From: the human T2T-CHM13v2.0 reference genome, Homo sapiens
Assembly: GCF_009914755.1 (NCBI RefSeq)
Contig: NC_060933.1
Direction: 5' to 3' (one strand)
DNA length: 64,000 nt
Every line of letters begins with the position of its first letter. Position 1 is the stretch's first letter. This document shows, piece by piece, positions 15,716-29,667 of this stretch. The position numbers and the translations under genes were made by a program. Under the pieces are notes generated by a model. It saw only the letters and a list, made by a program, of their open reading frames with translations, was not told the DNA's origin and made no database searches.

Positions 15716-16234
15716 CCTACATTCTTTTCCATGGGGGGAAAAAGATTTTCTAAGTTATTTGTTTACAGATAAATGCTTATGAAAAATAGTTTCTACTATC
15801 CAGACCCATACAGTCTGACATAAAGCTACACTCCGAGTTTCACTGCAGCAGAATCAGGAAGGCTTCCAGAATTCCTGCTCCGGGCTGATGCCTGATGGGC
15901 GTCACTCCAGTCACCTAAGATGCCACGTGGTTTTGAACAAGTTGAGTATGATGTGCCTATGCAGATATCCAGATAGAACTACAAATATACAGTTGGAAAG
16001 GAGAGCCTAGAAATGGGGCTAGAACAAGTTTCTGGGGATAACAATAAGATAGTCTTCAATTGGGTGAGATTGCTCAGGCATCATGCATACAGGGGATGAA
16101 GAACAGGGACAAGGATAGAACTCTGGGAATCTCCAATGTTTGGGGAGGCAGGAAAAAAGGAATCTGCAAACAAGGGAGAGAAAGTACTACTGTGCTTGCA
16201 GACAGGGGAGTAGGAGGGAGCTGGGTGGAAGGGG

Positions 16235-16470
16235 AACAGAGCACAATATTTAACAGGACAGGTTCTGAGGCGAGAGACCAGGTGCCTTCAAAGCCTGGGC
16301 TACTGCTTATTAGACTTGGAACCTCAGGCAAAGCATGGAACTTCTCTGCACCTCAATTACTCCCTCTGGCAAATGCAGAAAACAATGGCACATCACATAA
16401 TTGTTCTGAGGGAAAGTACTTGACACAGTGTCGGGCTCATATTAAGCATCCAAAAACTGTTAGCTATAAT
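16235..16470 (+). mobile_element. MIR relic
   Basis: 'gcctgggctactgcttattagacttggaacctcaggcaaagcatggaacttctctgcacctcaattactcc'. Confidence 0.65.
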
Positions 16471-18431
16471 CAATACGTTTATTAAGAGGCAAATAGGAAT
16501 TGAAGAGATCTATAGGGTTGATGGTGACTAGGAGCAACTCAGATCCTTTCCCAGGATACACTTTGATACAGTGAAGGGTGGAAAGGAAAGCTGCAGCCCA
16601 GGAGACACTGGCCAAGAACCAGTAAGGACAAGAAAAACCACAGAACAAGGCAGATGGGGGCCTCGAGCTAATCTTTACTATAAAAAGAGGCACATGATAT
16701 TTGATCACTTAAGACGTGATGGGAAGAATAAATCAAAAAAATAACCATTCTTACAGCAAAGGGCAGAGTGAAAGAGAACTGCACTAATGATATAAGTTCA
16801 AGTGCTGGCCTGAGTACTAACCAACTGGCCAACCTTGGAAAGGCCCCTTCTCCTTCCAGGAGTTCAGTTTTATGTATTCCCAAGTGGCCACTAACGTCCC
16901 TTCCAGTTGGCACTATTTATGATTTTCGGTGTTCTATAATTTCACTTAAGGATTCCGTGGCTACACATAAAAGCAGTTACTCTGATGAAGGCATAAGTGA
17001 ACAGAGGGTCTTCAGTCTCATGTGTTCTCAGCATGAAACAGAGGACTCAAGAATCACCTAAGGGTAATTAAGAGGGCAGATGGTAAGATGTAGAGACAGC
17101 CAAGTCTTCCTCCTCTTTCCTCTTCCATTTGCTGCAAAACCAGAGATGAGAGGAAGGAAGGGGATAAAAGCAACTAAACCAAGGTTAAAAACAAAAAGTC
17201 ACGTGTGTTCCTGTTTGCGAACAACTCCAAAAATCTCTTTGAGTGTGAGGGTCAGGAGAAGGTGGATATAAGAAAGACAGACGAACAAAACATTGACGCA
17301 AGTGGAGAATCAGAAGTAAAATCAGTTCATTTGGATCCGAAGGGATAAAGATCATGCCTAATTAATCCCAAACCCTCATTGTACCATTGACAGAAATGAC
17401 ATCCAAAGAGGATAAGGGAGTTGCCCAAGAGCAAAGCTGCAACAGGAGCTCCTGTTTGCTGACTCAGTCCAGTACAGATTCCATAGAAGTATGTATTTCG
17501 TTGGTCAAATTCCAAATTATGGCAATTCCTGCTAAGAGATCCTGTGTGGGAGGTAACTGAGTGAAATTGCTAAATTCTTGGGAATTTTTTTTTATTTCCC
17601 CATGTTCATGAAAGGCTCAGAGGACAAACAGGAAAGAAAAATAAATATATTAAGCCACTACTATGTGCCAGATTTTCTGCTAAGTGATTTCACATATATC
17701 CTCACATAAGCCTGCCACTCTGTGAGTCTAGCAGGCTCTGAGCCACTTGAAGAGAGGACAGTGTCTTACCCATCAGTACATTCTCCATGCCTGACAGAGT
17801 GCTGGTACACAACAGGTGCCCAATATATGCTTGCTGAATGAATGTAAGATTTTCCTGGTACATAAAGTGAGGATTAGAAAGATTAAAAAACTTATTCAAG
17901 GTGTACACGTTGGTAGCACAAGTGGCAGTATCGAGACTGGAATTTGGGATTGCCTGATACCACAGCTCACTCACGTTCCTTTCACTGAACTTTCACTGCC
18001 TTTCATATACTTTTCTGCAAATCCAACAGTAATACTTATTTTCTAACAGAGGGACTGACTGGTTTACACGGCACCTATGGCTTCCGGGTCCTCTTTGTGA
18101 GTGTTTCCTATTCCGAAGTGTTTGTTTCAAGGTGCCACTTTCGGTCTGATTACTCCTCTACACTGGCCAAGCCTGATCAGAATCTCCAAAGGCTCTGACC
18201 AGGACACATTCTAAGGGCCAGCTGCAAGGAGGCAAGGAACCACAGGAGGAGCACCCTGGCCTAGGGCTTTAGTTGGAGTCTGTTCCTACCAAGTGGAGAT
18301 AAAATACCTGGCCCGGTTAAATGCAATCATTTCCTTACCTCCTTGACAGCAAAGGCTTTCAACTGAAAACTCAGCAAGCAAATCAGACCAGTTGTTGCCT
18401 TTCTTATCTTCTCTCTCTTCTCTCTCTCTTA

Positions 18432-18472
18432 CACACACACACACAGACGCACACACACACACATACATACAC
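18432..18472. repeat. (CA)n microsatellite preceded by a CT tract
   Basis: Directly visible. Confidence 0.9.
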
Positions 18473-19789
18473 TTGCCAAAGCTTCAGACTAGCTCTCTGT
18501 TGTAAATCACTGTCTAAAGTATATTTTAAAATAAAGGGTTTTTTTCCTAATTATACATATAAGACAAGTCATGTCTTTAAGATATTTTTGACTTGAGACT
18601 GTTAACGGGACTCTATTTGTTCCATCCAAGAAAGCCCAAAGAAATGGATAATGATCCAAAACAGACTACATCTGAATGGTTCTGTGTATCATATGCAAAG
18701 AAATGTTCCCACAACAAAGTCACTAAATGAACGTCACTATGCTTGAATAGAAGAATGAAATTGAATTGTGATAAAAGCAAGTGGTTTAAAGCTCTTTAGT
18801 TCATGTCTACTAAATTATCCTGAATATTATGTGCTAAACAAAGGCTGATACTCATATTATTAAGTAATAAAAACATTTTGAGAAATAAGCCAACATTTTT
18901 ACTTTAAAAAAGATTTATGTATCATTTTCTGGTTTTATGAGTGTTGTAACTGTCCTCCAAACCTTTCAACAATGCCAAATACTTTTCCAGTTGAACATTC
19001 TGCTATGGAATTTTCTCTTTAATGCTGAAGGCCACATTGGGATGCCTATGGTAAATTAAACAACAGACTCCACAAAAATAGACAGAAGCCTTGGTCCCTC
19101 GTTAGGCCTAATTGTCGAAACATCAATCTGTTTAATCTAGATTCTGTAACTGTTAGATAACGAGAAAATTTCATTATGCAAATCGTGGCAGCAATGTAGA
19201 AAAAATATGAGTTATTTAACTTATAACTGATGAGCTTTTTAAACTAAGTCTCAGGTAGTATTTGGATATTTTTTCCTATGGGTCACAGATCATCACCACC
19301 AGCTTTAATGAGGAAGATGGGAGAGGTGATTGTCCTGTCTCTACATTTTAGGAGTCTCCAAACCTAGTTAATTGTTGGTCAAGCTTTCTGCAGCTGTCCA
19401 ACTATCAACTGGTACTCCTCTGACTTTTTATCTCATAAATGAGACCTCTACTGATTGGCAGACACAAGGAAAGCATGAGGAAAGTCATCAAGATTTCTAC
19501 TTTGTATTCACTGACCTTTAAAAACAAAAAACATCATTACTAGCCTCAGATTCTGGAAGTTACTAACCAGTTTGAACACCCTAAGAAGTATACGAAGGCT
19601 TTCAGATAACTCCACAGTGTTGTCAGAGGTGAGGTCTACAGATGTCATTTTAATTTAATGAGGCAGAAAGAACACAGGAGAATGAGTTGGAAGATCTGGG
19701 TGCCAGTCTCACAGCTACCACTTAATGTGCCGTGTGGCTTTAAACACTACGCTTGTGATCCAGTATTTTCTTTTGCTACAAAGCACACC

Positions 19790-20140
19790 GGGAAAATTGG
19801 TGAACTCTCTAAGGTCTGTATATTAGGTAACAGTATTTATCACTGTTAGTTTCCTGATTTTCACAGTTGTACTGTAGTTAAGAGAATAACTTGCATAAGA
19901 AAATGTGCATGTTTGTAGAAACTGTACATTAACGTATTTAGGGGTAAAAGGGCATCGAGTCTATAACCTACTCAAATCGTTCAGGAAAAAAACACAGGGA
20001 GGGGATGATGAAGCAAATGTGGTAAAAAGTTAACATTTGGGAAATCTGGGTAAAGAGTATAGGAGAATTCGGTACATTGTTCTTGCAGTTTTTTTTGTTG
20101 TCTGAAATTATATCAAAATTAAAACTTAAAATATAATAAA
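19790..20140 (+). mobile_element. L1MC-type 3' UTR relic
   Basis: 'gtatttaggggtaaaagggcatc', 'gcaaatgtggtaaaaagttaacatttgggaaatctgggtaaagagtat'. Confidence 0.75.
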
Positions 20141-23076
20141 GGATAGGAATATAATTAGCAATCAGTAAATATTGACCAAATGTCGCTTCAATTTCTCTTA
20201 GACACAAGCGTCCTCACATCAAAATGAAAAAGGGATACGCCAGAGAATTATTTAAAACCTGGCCGGCCCAAACCGTCTCTGATTCTGTGATAAGCAGTAA
20301 ATCACGGATATAGAAACTGCCTTAAACCATATGGAGAAAACAATAACAACACTAGTACACATGACTCCTGCCTTCAAAAAGGCTGAAGTGATAAAAAAGA
20401 AATCAGTGTCCAGGATGAGTTAAAGCGATCTGAAGAAACTTTTCTTGAAAATACGAGTTTCAAATGGGCTCTCAAAGACTGTGAAGATAGGAATTAACAA
20501 TAAAATTAGAGAAAAATTTATAGAAGGGCAACTCTTTTGGACACAGACTTGGAAATAGGCTGAAGGAAGTCTCTTGCCAGAATGGCCAACCAAGTATGTA
20601 TGGATGGCTAGGATGAGTGAAGCTGGGCTGGTCAACAGATCTGCACTGTTCCAGTCAATTTTCCAAAACCACACATGAGTCAGCAACTAAGACATGGCAC
20701 ACGGTGTTAGAATGCCCTCCCAGCTCTATGGGAAATCTCTAATTCCACATGCCATGTACAGTGTATGGAAGTGAGACAGTCATCTAGGAGCACACTTCAA
20801 TCTTGTTCTCCAAGCACATACCCAACACAACATGCCAAAGATCAAGCATGTGTTCAGTCAACAAACACACTGTTCTGACCCTAAAACAGTAAGCCTCCAT
20901 CAGAAGGCTTACACGAAATGTACGGTGGAACTCCTTTCTCCATTTTGGAAAGACTTCGAAAGGCAAGGCTATCCATACACCATCTGACTTTTCCTGTATG
21001 TTCAGGGTGTGTGTTTTATTAAAAACTACCTAAATCCACATAGGCAGGAGGAATATTCAAAACACTTCCATTGTAAATACTAGTAAAAAATGTTCATGAA
21101 ATCCTCATGAATTCTCATAACTGGGGATCCTACCTAGAGACAGGCAGGAAACACAATGAAGTAGAAAATGTTGTCATTTCATTTCAATTAACAATTATTT
21201 AATTAAAAAATCATATACTTAGAACTGTGTCATGGTAGCACATGCAGATCACACAAAGGGAATCATACGAGAACAATCAAGCTTCTATCAAAAGATGAGA
21301 TTTATTGCCACCCACATATATGGTGAATGCACTTTGATGAGTATCACCTGTAAGTCATATTTAGAATACCAGACATTCACTTCTGAAATATTATCAGTTT
21401 CCATCATTAAAGGGCTATTACAATTCAATTTTGCAGGGATGGGCATGGCAATATACATATACATATAAGTACACTCTTCACCATAACAGTATAAAGATAA
21501 AAGGTTCTATTTATTCACTAACAGAGAATCTAGGGAATAGCTTAAGTTAAGCCTTCAAAAATGAAATGTGTTGTACCCAAGCCTAGTAATAAGAAAGATT
21601 CCGTAGATACTGCTTAGAGAGAGATTAGATTGAAATTTAACCTATCACATTCTGTTCTCCAACTTGAAAAAAAATGTTAAACTCTGTCTTTGGGCTTCCA
21701 TTTTTAGTGTCGAAAGAAAGAAAGGAACACAGATGGAATAAACCTCATTCACTTAATTTGAAAATCAGATGCAGACTTCAAAATTTGGAATAAGGAAAGA
21801 TTCTTGCTGGTTGATTTCGTTAAAGGATTTATCTTTAGCTATCTGAGGGGAGAACTGCTTACATCATTTAGTGTGACCTTTAGTGGATTGATAAGTCATC
21901 ACATGATATAAAATTTTATGACAAAAGCAATCATACAGAAGCAATCTAAGATGACTTGAACTGTTTTTCTTTTGATATGGATTAAGCTTAGAACTTGGTC
22001 TACAGTGGTTAGGCATTGCAGATTTATAATGAGTGTAATTTGGAACTACAGTACCATACGCAGAACAAATACTCAAACGTCAAATTGGCTGATGATTAAA
22101 CGACTGAAGAGGACTGGCTGCTAAGGAATACATTTAAAAAGTCATTTAAAGGGAAACCAATAAGCAAAGGTCGAAAAGTGGCAGGATATATTTTTATTTT
22201 ATTTCACTTGAGGTGATAATAACCAGAAGGGTTTTTTGTGGTAGTTTGGTTTTTTTAATTCCAACAATTAACATATCTGCTAAATATTTCTCTTTTTGTA
22301 AAGTGCCTCTTTTATACCAAGTTCTTATATTTAAGGCTATATGAGAAATGAAGTTTAGCTCTGCCTCCAAATGCTAAGATCTGAGAAAAAAATGAATCAC
22401 ATTCAGGCTTGGAATAAATCCACATGAATATGTATTTCTTATTTACTTGGAAAGTCTTGTATTTGCATCTGTCTTTCTTACTATCAGTGAGCTTTCTTTT
22501 CCAGGGTAGTGGCTCAGCTCCAGTCCTCAATATGTGCAACTCCTTACCTACAACTCCATTCCTAAAGGGAAGCAGGGCACCAACACAGGTATAGGATGGT
22601 CCACTCCACCGAAGTCACTAGGTCTCCATACTGAGTAAGACACATGCAAGCAGTTTCTCCTTGTTTTGTACAGTACATTAATTGGGAATCTGGAGTTGAT
22701 TCTCAACATCTGAGATTATTCCAAATCCAAACGTACAGTATTTTTAAAGTCCACTTTTATATAGGGTATTTGGCACTTTCAGAAATACTAACTATAGACA
22801 GTTATCTGGACCTGGGTTTTGGTAGCAAGCATGATATAAATATTTTTGGAATGAATGATAAATGAATAAATGAGTGAATTAATATTAAATGAGGATGTGT
22901 CATCTGAAATGAATCATAGTACAAAAGGGCTTTGCCTGTCCTCTCCACAGGTTAGGGTGAGGAAAGTCTATAAGAAGGCAAAAATCATTAAATCATTAGG
23001 AAATAAACTCAAGCTATGCAATACCAATCACTGTTAGAAAGACTGCAAGCTCCTTGCAAGCAAGGGCTGTCTTAAT

Positions 23077-23345
23077 CAGGGGCCATACTCACAAATGCTC
23101 TCCAAGGCCAGGCAGATGGAAATAGTGCAGGCTCCATTTAAAGATCAGGCTATCATGTAGGGAAGCAGGCCAGATGGTTGGTTGCTCTTTCGATTTTCCG
23201 AGAAAAGCCAAATTCTGAATTTTTTTGTAAAATCCTCTCCTTTCTAAATGTTGGCTCTGTATTTATTTATTTTTTTAACACTATGTGGACTTAAGAAAGC
23301 ACAGCTGTGGGCCACATTCCACCCGTGGAGTTGGAACCTCGCCTC
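23077..23345. mobile_element. Old hAT DNA transposon (MER102-like)
   Basis: 'cagggg' start and internal 'gaaaagccaaattctgaatttttttgtaaaatc...aaatgttggc'. Confidence 0.5.
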
Positions 23346-23779
23346 TAAATCTTTCTACGTATCAATAACTCATTGCTTATTTTTACCTTATCTTTAAATC
23401 TGGCAAAGGGTGAGAGGTGGTGGTGTCATACTAATATCACCAAAGAAATTAGCCAAAACAGGAATACAAGTGGGAAAAACAAGCAGACCTTTTAAGTGGC
23501 TACATTTCAGTAAAAGCTCCTATTATATTAAGGCTTTAATGCCTTCGAGCTCAGCAATTATGCTCAAGCTTCAGGTGGCAAATATGTTTTCTCCTTTTTC
23601 TTTCACCCTTATTCTCATCCTCTAATTTGTCCCTAACTCTTCCTATTTATTAACCGTGCCACGTGTGTCTTCTTATCATCTTGTAAATAGCTTCAAATTC
23701 TTGGAACAATGTGGGGCATAAGTAAATTTCAACAAAGTATTTCAGATGTTCACATTCTAATTAAAGGCAAGTGTATTAC

Positions 23780-24020
<241 letters not shown>

Positions 24021-24161
24021 AAGCAATATACATGTTATTGAAAAGTTCTGTATCTAAAATTTAACACTGGAAAATACTGGAAAATCTTTTCTTCAAATGA
24101 TTTATGTTCTTGGGCCTTTAGCTAAAGAAGACATGAATCCTAGTCCGAGTACCCAGTTAAA

Positions 24162-24200
24162 ACACACACACACACACACACGCACGCACGCACACACGCA
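24162..24200. repeat. (CA)n/(CACG)n microsatellite
   Basis: Directly visible. Confidence 0.9.
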
Positions 24201-24599
24201 TTTCTATATAGAAAAATAACCGAAACACTCCCATTTGTTTAAAAAAAACTTAATTTCCACATTTCTATCTCAGTTTTTACTCTCATGTTTCAATATATTT
24301 AGACCTCTTTAGGAAAGTCTAGTTAAGTAGGTCAGACTGTAAAAACCTTTTGCAGCAGAGACCTCACTCTAGGAGAAAAAGCAATTAAAATAATAGTTTG
24401 CCCCCAAAGAATAAAGGTAACTATAAGAATGCAAAAGATAAAGCAATAACATGAATTTCTTCATATTACAATAAGCTGCATTTAAGTCCTTGTTATCAGC
24501 AAAGTAAACAGGTTTCATGTATTATACCTACTTAAAACATAACCTGTGAACTTCAGCTAAAAAATATTGCTTGGACATGCCAAGGAAAATATACAAACA

Positions 24600-25250
24600 G
24601 ATACTTTCCAATTCACCGATTTTTTAAAAAAGTTCCAGGAATCCAGTGACGAATGTGGTATACAAAAAAATATATAAATTCTTTCAACTTAGAATAATTA
24701 AGTCATAAAATACATAGGGTACAAATACCACATTCCGTTCTAAAATGATATCTTAGGATCATCAAAAGAAAAAGAGGATTTGGATTATGCAAAAAATGAT
24801 TCCTATATATATAATCAATTATCTAACTGACATTTTTACAAATCTACCACAACTTCGCCTTTTATTGCATATGCTAAACAAGCAGATGCTAAGTCTGTAA
24901 ACTGTGAATTAACCTCCTTTTTAATTAATTGTTCCTTTGGAAATACTGGCTTTTAAATCCCGTGCTGCAGTTGCTTCATCTTGGAGATGTGTGCCAATCT
25001 CATATTCAGGTTCGCGGGCTATATTCCAGGAGGCAGTACACGTTGATTCCACTTTTAATTATTTAATGATTCATCTGCATTTTATTTATACATTGGCATC
25101 TGACCTGGTTTAATTTTAGTTTATTCCAACAACACGCCTGCAAGAATCTAGATCTGACCGTCTTCACAGCAAATATGACTGACGACGCTGGAAGTAGTGA
25201 CACAGCTCAGAAATAGGTCAAGGGTGCAAAGGGAAGGGATCAGAGTGTAC
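24600..25250 (-). other. Repeat-free island: candidate conserved enhancer and/or minus-strand alternative terminal exon
   Basis: 8 CpGs in ~24960-25190; minus-strand pyrimidine tract followed by 'ttccag|' (AG within ctg at 25188-25190); minus-strand AATAAA at 25120, 25081 and 24861. Confidence 0.4.
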
Positions 25251-26039
25251 TTAATTGACAGGGGCAGGCCCTCCTCAAGCACATGGTTTTCTGAGCTCAG
25301 CACTCCTTCCTTCTTTTAAAGAGCAGGCATTTTAAGCAGGGAGTTTCCTCAATAGTTATTTCCAGGACTTTCTGAATGGTCTCTCTACATCCAAAATTCT
25401 CCCTTGCTAACTGGACCTGAGAATTCCTCCATTAGAACCTCATACTCTCAGCCCCAAGCCTCTTTATTAAAAGCAAATGCACTGAAGGTAATATCAAAAT
25501 CTGTTGATAATGTTATTTTGTCAGAATGAAGGATTTGACAGCAGTTTTCTGAAAGGACAAAGAAGGGAGACTGAGAGCTTTAGGGAGTTGGGCACTGGGT
25601 GAATGGAGGCAGAGAAAGAGGTCTGAAAAGAAATGTCTCCTTCTCCACAGTTCTGGAACTTATCCCATGCTAGGCCTTCTCCTAGTCATGAATACATAAT
25701 AAAAAGCTGGACCTCCAGCTACTGAACACAAATAACTTTAACTTTTATATATCCTTTGAGACACACACATAAACACACACGAGGTTCTTAACCGTGGTGG
25801 CTCACAGACCCTGAAAATCAGAAACTGCCATTCGTTACTCTCCTGGCAATGCTGGAATGATCTATCCTTCTGGGACTAAACTTCTGATTCTACCCAAGTC
25901 CCCACTGTACTGGATAAGAAATAAATTTTCAAAGTCCAAGTACTTTCCCCCATACATAACCACCATAACGCTGGGAGAAGGCCCAGAGGAAGTGAAGCAA
26001 TGTAACAAACAGGGATTGAATACTCCTTTTACATCAATT

Positions 26040-26215
26040 CATGCACTGTATTAGGCATATTACATGTCTTTTTTTGGTTCGGTAACCCCATAAAAGAAGT
26101 ATCATCATCCTCATTTGACAGATGAAAAAACTGAGGCTAGAGGTTCCACAATTTGGTCCAAGTCTCCCAGATAGGAGATGACATAGCCAGAATTGAAATC
26201 CAGGGCTTCTCCTTT
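26040..26215 (-). mobile_element. MIR relic
   Basis: 'ctcatttgacagatgaaaaaactgaggctagagg...agccagaattgaaatccagg'. Confidence 0.8.
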
Positions 26216-26864
26216 TTCTGAGCTAATGAAAATATCTTTATGTTGATGAGTCCTGATTGAGCTCCAACCCTGCACACAGAGAACTGCAAGTGTGCCAAAT
26301 GACACATGAAAATCTCTTCTGTTCACAGAACAAAACCATGCAGTGAAAGGCAGGCTCTAGCCCCCTCCTCATTCCTGGATTCTATCAGAAAATAACCCAG
26401 AATCAAGATCTGGTGGCACTTTCGGCGGACTTGTCAGGAAGAGAAAAAAACTCATTTCTCCCTCTCTTACAAAAGTAACACACATACAATGTAAAAAATT
26501 GGGAAAATAATTTTAAAGTCAAAGAAGAAATAACAACGATTTGTAATGTAACTGCCCAGAGATAATCATAGTGTTTTAGGCTATTTCTCTCTAGTCTGTC
26601 CTCTCCACCTATACATGTTTGGAAACATTCAGCTTATATTTTATAGGCAATTTTGCATGAAGTTCTGTTCATCTAGTTGTACTTTAAAATTATTTTAACA
26701 CTTCTTGAAAACTATTTGTAGACTTAATTTTAATATTTTACCATTCAGCATTAAGTCTACTTAACTATTTCTTTACTATTGCACTTTTAGGGTAGGAGGA
26801 ATTTTTTTCACTATTAAAAAAAAACACTGCAAAGAACATCTCTATGCACATTTCTTTCATCATA

Positions 26865-27171
26865 TTTCTTTTTCTCCTTTTTTATCTTGAGACACAGTTT
26901 TGCTCTTGTCACCCAGGCTACAGTGTAATGGTGCCATCTCAGCTCACTACAACCTCCGCCTCCCGGGTTCAAATGATTCTCCTGACTCAACCTCCTGAGT
27001 AGCTGGGATAAAAGACACCTGCGACCACGCCCAGCTCATTTTTGTATTTTTAGTAGACATGGGGTTTCACCACATTGGCCAGGCTGGTCTCAAACTCCTG
27101 ACCTCAGGTGATCCGCCCGCCTTGGCCTCCCAAAGTGTTGGGATTACAGGCGTAAGCCACCATGCCCGGCC
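26865..27171 (-). mobile_element. Alu (AluSx-like)
   Basis: Reverse full dimer ending 'ccaccatgcccggcc'. Confidence 0.95.
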
Positions 27172-27376
27172 TCTTTTACCGTATTTCAAATGGTTTTTTC
27201 AGGACCAATTTGTAGAAATGCAGTTATTGGGTTATGTGTCAGAGCAACATCAGTACATTTAACCCCTGACAATATGGGTATCCCCCGAAATTTACACCAT
27301 CATTACCAATGTATGGGAATCCTAGTCTCAAGGTGTGCTACTTACCCACTGAGTGTTATCTTGTCAATTTGATGAG

Positions 27377-27422
27377 CAAAAACAAAACAAAACAAAACAA
27401 AACAAAACAAAACAAAACAAAA
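27377..27422. repeat. (CAAAA)n pentanucleotide repeat
   Basis: About 9 units visible. Confidence 0.95.
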
Positions 27423-29667
27423 TCACCATTGCTTTAATTTATACTCCCGAGTTCAGTTTTCTCCAAAGGATTATTTCCCCTTTATGAGTGGTCTCTTCAT
27501 GACTCTGCCCATTTATCTATTGGTTGGCAACATATGACCTCAAATTATCTTTTTTTAAGGTGTACCAATATAGCAAAACAGGAGGTTCACAGAATCAGGA
27601 GACCTAGACCTTGCCATTAACTAGTTAGAACACTTGGGGCTAATCACTTTTAGATCAGCCCCAAATTTTGGTTGACATACATGGTCAATGGAAATTTTAC
27701 ACAGAGCCCAATGTCTGAAACAGATACAGGTGAAGGTGCTGGAGCTGAAGCAAGATACCCTCCCTTCTCCTCATTCACTCAACTCCTCCCATAGCTTCTG
27801 AGATACCACAGAGGAACCCTAGAGTTTCAAATAATAAAATCCTACTGAGCTTGTTGATTTCTAAGATCTATTTTAGCTTCTATGAAACCAACCTTTCCCA
27901 GGGTGTAAAAAGAAACCTTAGAAACTACGCTAAGATTGGATGAGTTTGGAAAGCCAGCATCCAAGAGACACAGTAAGAAATCTTCATATGGGAAGTATTC
28001 CTGGTGGGTTTGGAGGTATTTTTTTTCTTTCTGAAAGTGCAGTTGGTGCCAACAAAGAAAGCAGTACTGAATAAGCTATGCGACAGAAAGATAGTATTCA
28101 CAATGCTGAATGTTTCCAGCAGATGTATCAACCATTATTCAGAATTCACTAACTCCCATCACAGCTTGGTTCCTGGATGAGATGAATCCACATGAAATAT
28201 TTCTTCCTTGATTCTTCCAGCTGAAACTGAGTGTCAAAGCACATTGATTATCACTACCTTTGGGGAAATACAGTAATTTATGGAGTGAAGCTAGCAATTA
28301 TTATATCCTTTCTCAAAAGCCCCACATTTCAGAACATCTTTTCATGGGACTGTTTCTTATTCTTAAAGATATGTTCCTATCTCCAAGTGAACTAGAATGA
28401 CTCTGGTCAGTTGCATAATGCAGGCTGGGTAGGTGGACTAGGCATTTACACAAGGAGATCTTAGAGTTGCTGAGTAAGACAGCCCTGCCCCCAAAATTTC
28501 TGCCCCCACAATTTACTCTGCCACCGTGCCTAAGATACCTACTTACTCTTCTAGGTCACTTTTCTAAAAGATATCCTGCAACGGAGGGTGGAAGAGGTTG
28601 GACAGGAGATCATATGACCTATGATCACTTATGAACGGCCTTTAGGTTGAGTAGAGATGTGACTCTTATGGCAATGAGATAGGAGAAGGAGGGGAAGGGA
28701 GGGACGATACTAGAAAAATCTGCAGCTAGGAGCATCCAATGTCTAGACTGCTGCTGAATACAAATAGTTACAGAGCTTTGGTGAGCTTTGCTTGTTTCAT
28801 GGTTTTGCCTAGGGCTTGACCTACATATACCTTAGCTATTCCAAACACGCAAGTGCAAATATAACCCCTGACATAGCAACCACAGTTTATCATAAACACA
28901 GGAAAATAAAAACCCAAATTTTCTACAGAAATTCAGAATGACTACACTGTCTTAGAGCGTATAGAATTTTTCCTGATGTATATAGGTTGATCAGAAGTCT
29001 TTCACTGAAGACATTTTTCAGTTACCTACCCCACACCCATTATTCATTAAAAATATTTCACAAAAATCACTAAGAAAAGAAACAAACATCTTTGAGGGTA
29101 TCTAGCATAAACATTAGTTATTTAAATATTAATAAATTAAAAAATTTGAAGAAGGGGTTTTATTATTTGGGTTTTATTTTACAGTTTCTACTAACTTATA
29201 AATAGATAGTAGTTTAAAGATAATGTGAATTATTTAGGGCTGCAATTACCAGAGTTTTTGTTATATAACTTGGCAGACAGCCATTCTGCAATCACAAAAA
29301 GTCACACTTCAGCCTGAGTTTTGGATGGTGCAATAATTCACACCTTGGACATTGTTTCGCCTCGGTATCTTCCTGCTTCATTAAAGATGCTTACATTTGG
29401 ATAGTCTGCAAATGTTCAGTAGGAAAGACTGAATCCAAATGTGTGAACCAAACATGAGAAACTTATTAGCAATTTGAAAGCACAGGGGCTATTAATAATG
29501 AACAAGCCAAAAAGTTACTCTTCTTTCCCTGTGTCGAGGTTTGCCCTGGAGACATGCATGCATTTTCTTTAAAATTACTGAGACAGCATCTAAAACAACT
29601 TGCAGTCAAATTACAAAACATGTGCGAGTAATCCCCAGCTTTCAAAGGTCTTCTAAGATTCCCTTAT

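Noticed and set aside
16060-16485. 141-aa ORF
   Set aside because: Non-ATG start; runs across L2 and MIR relics
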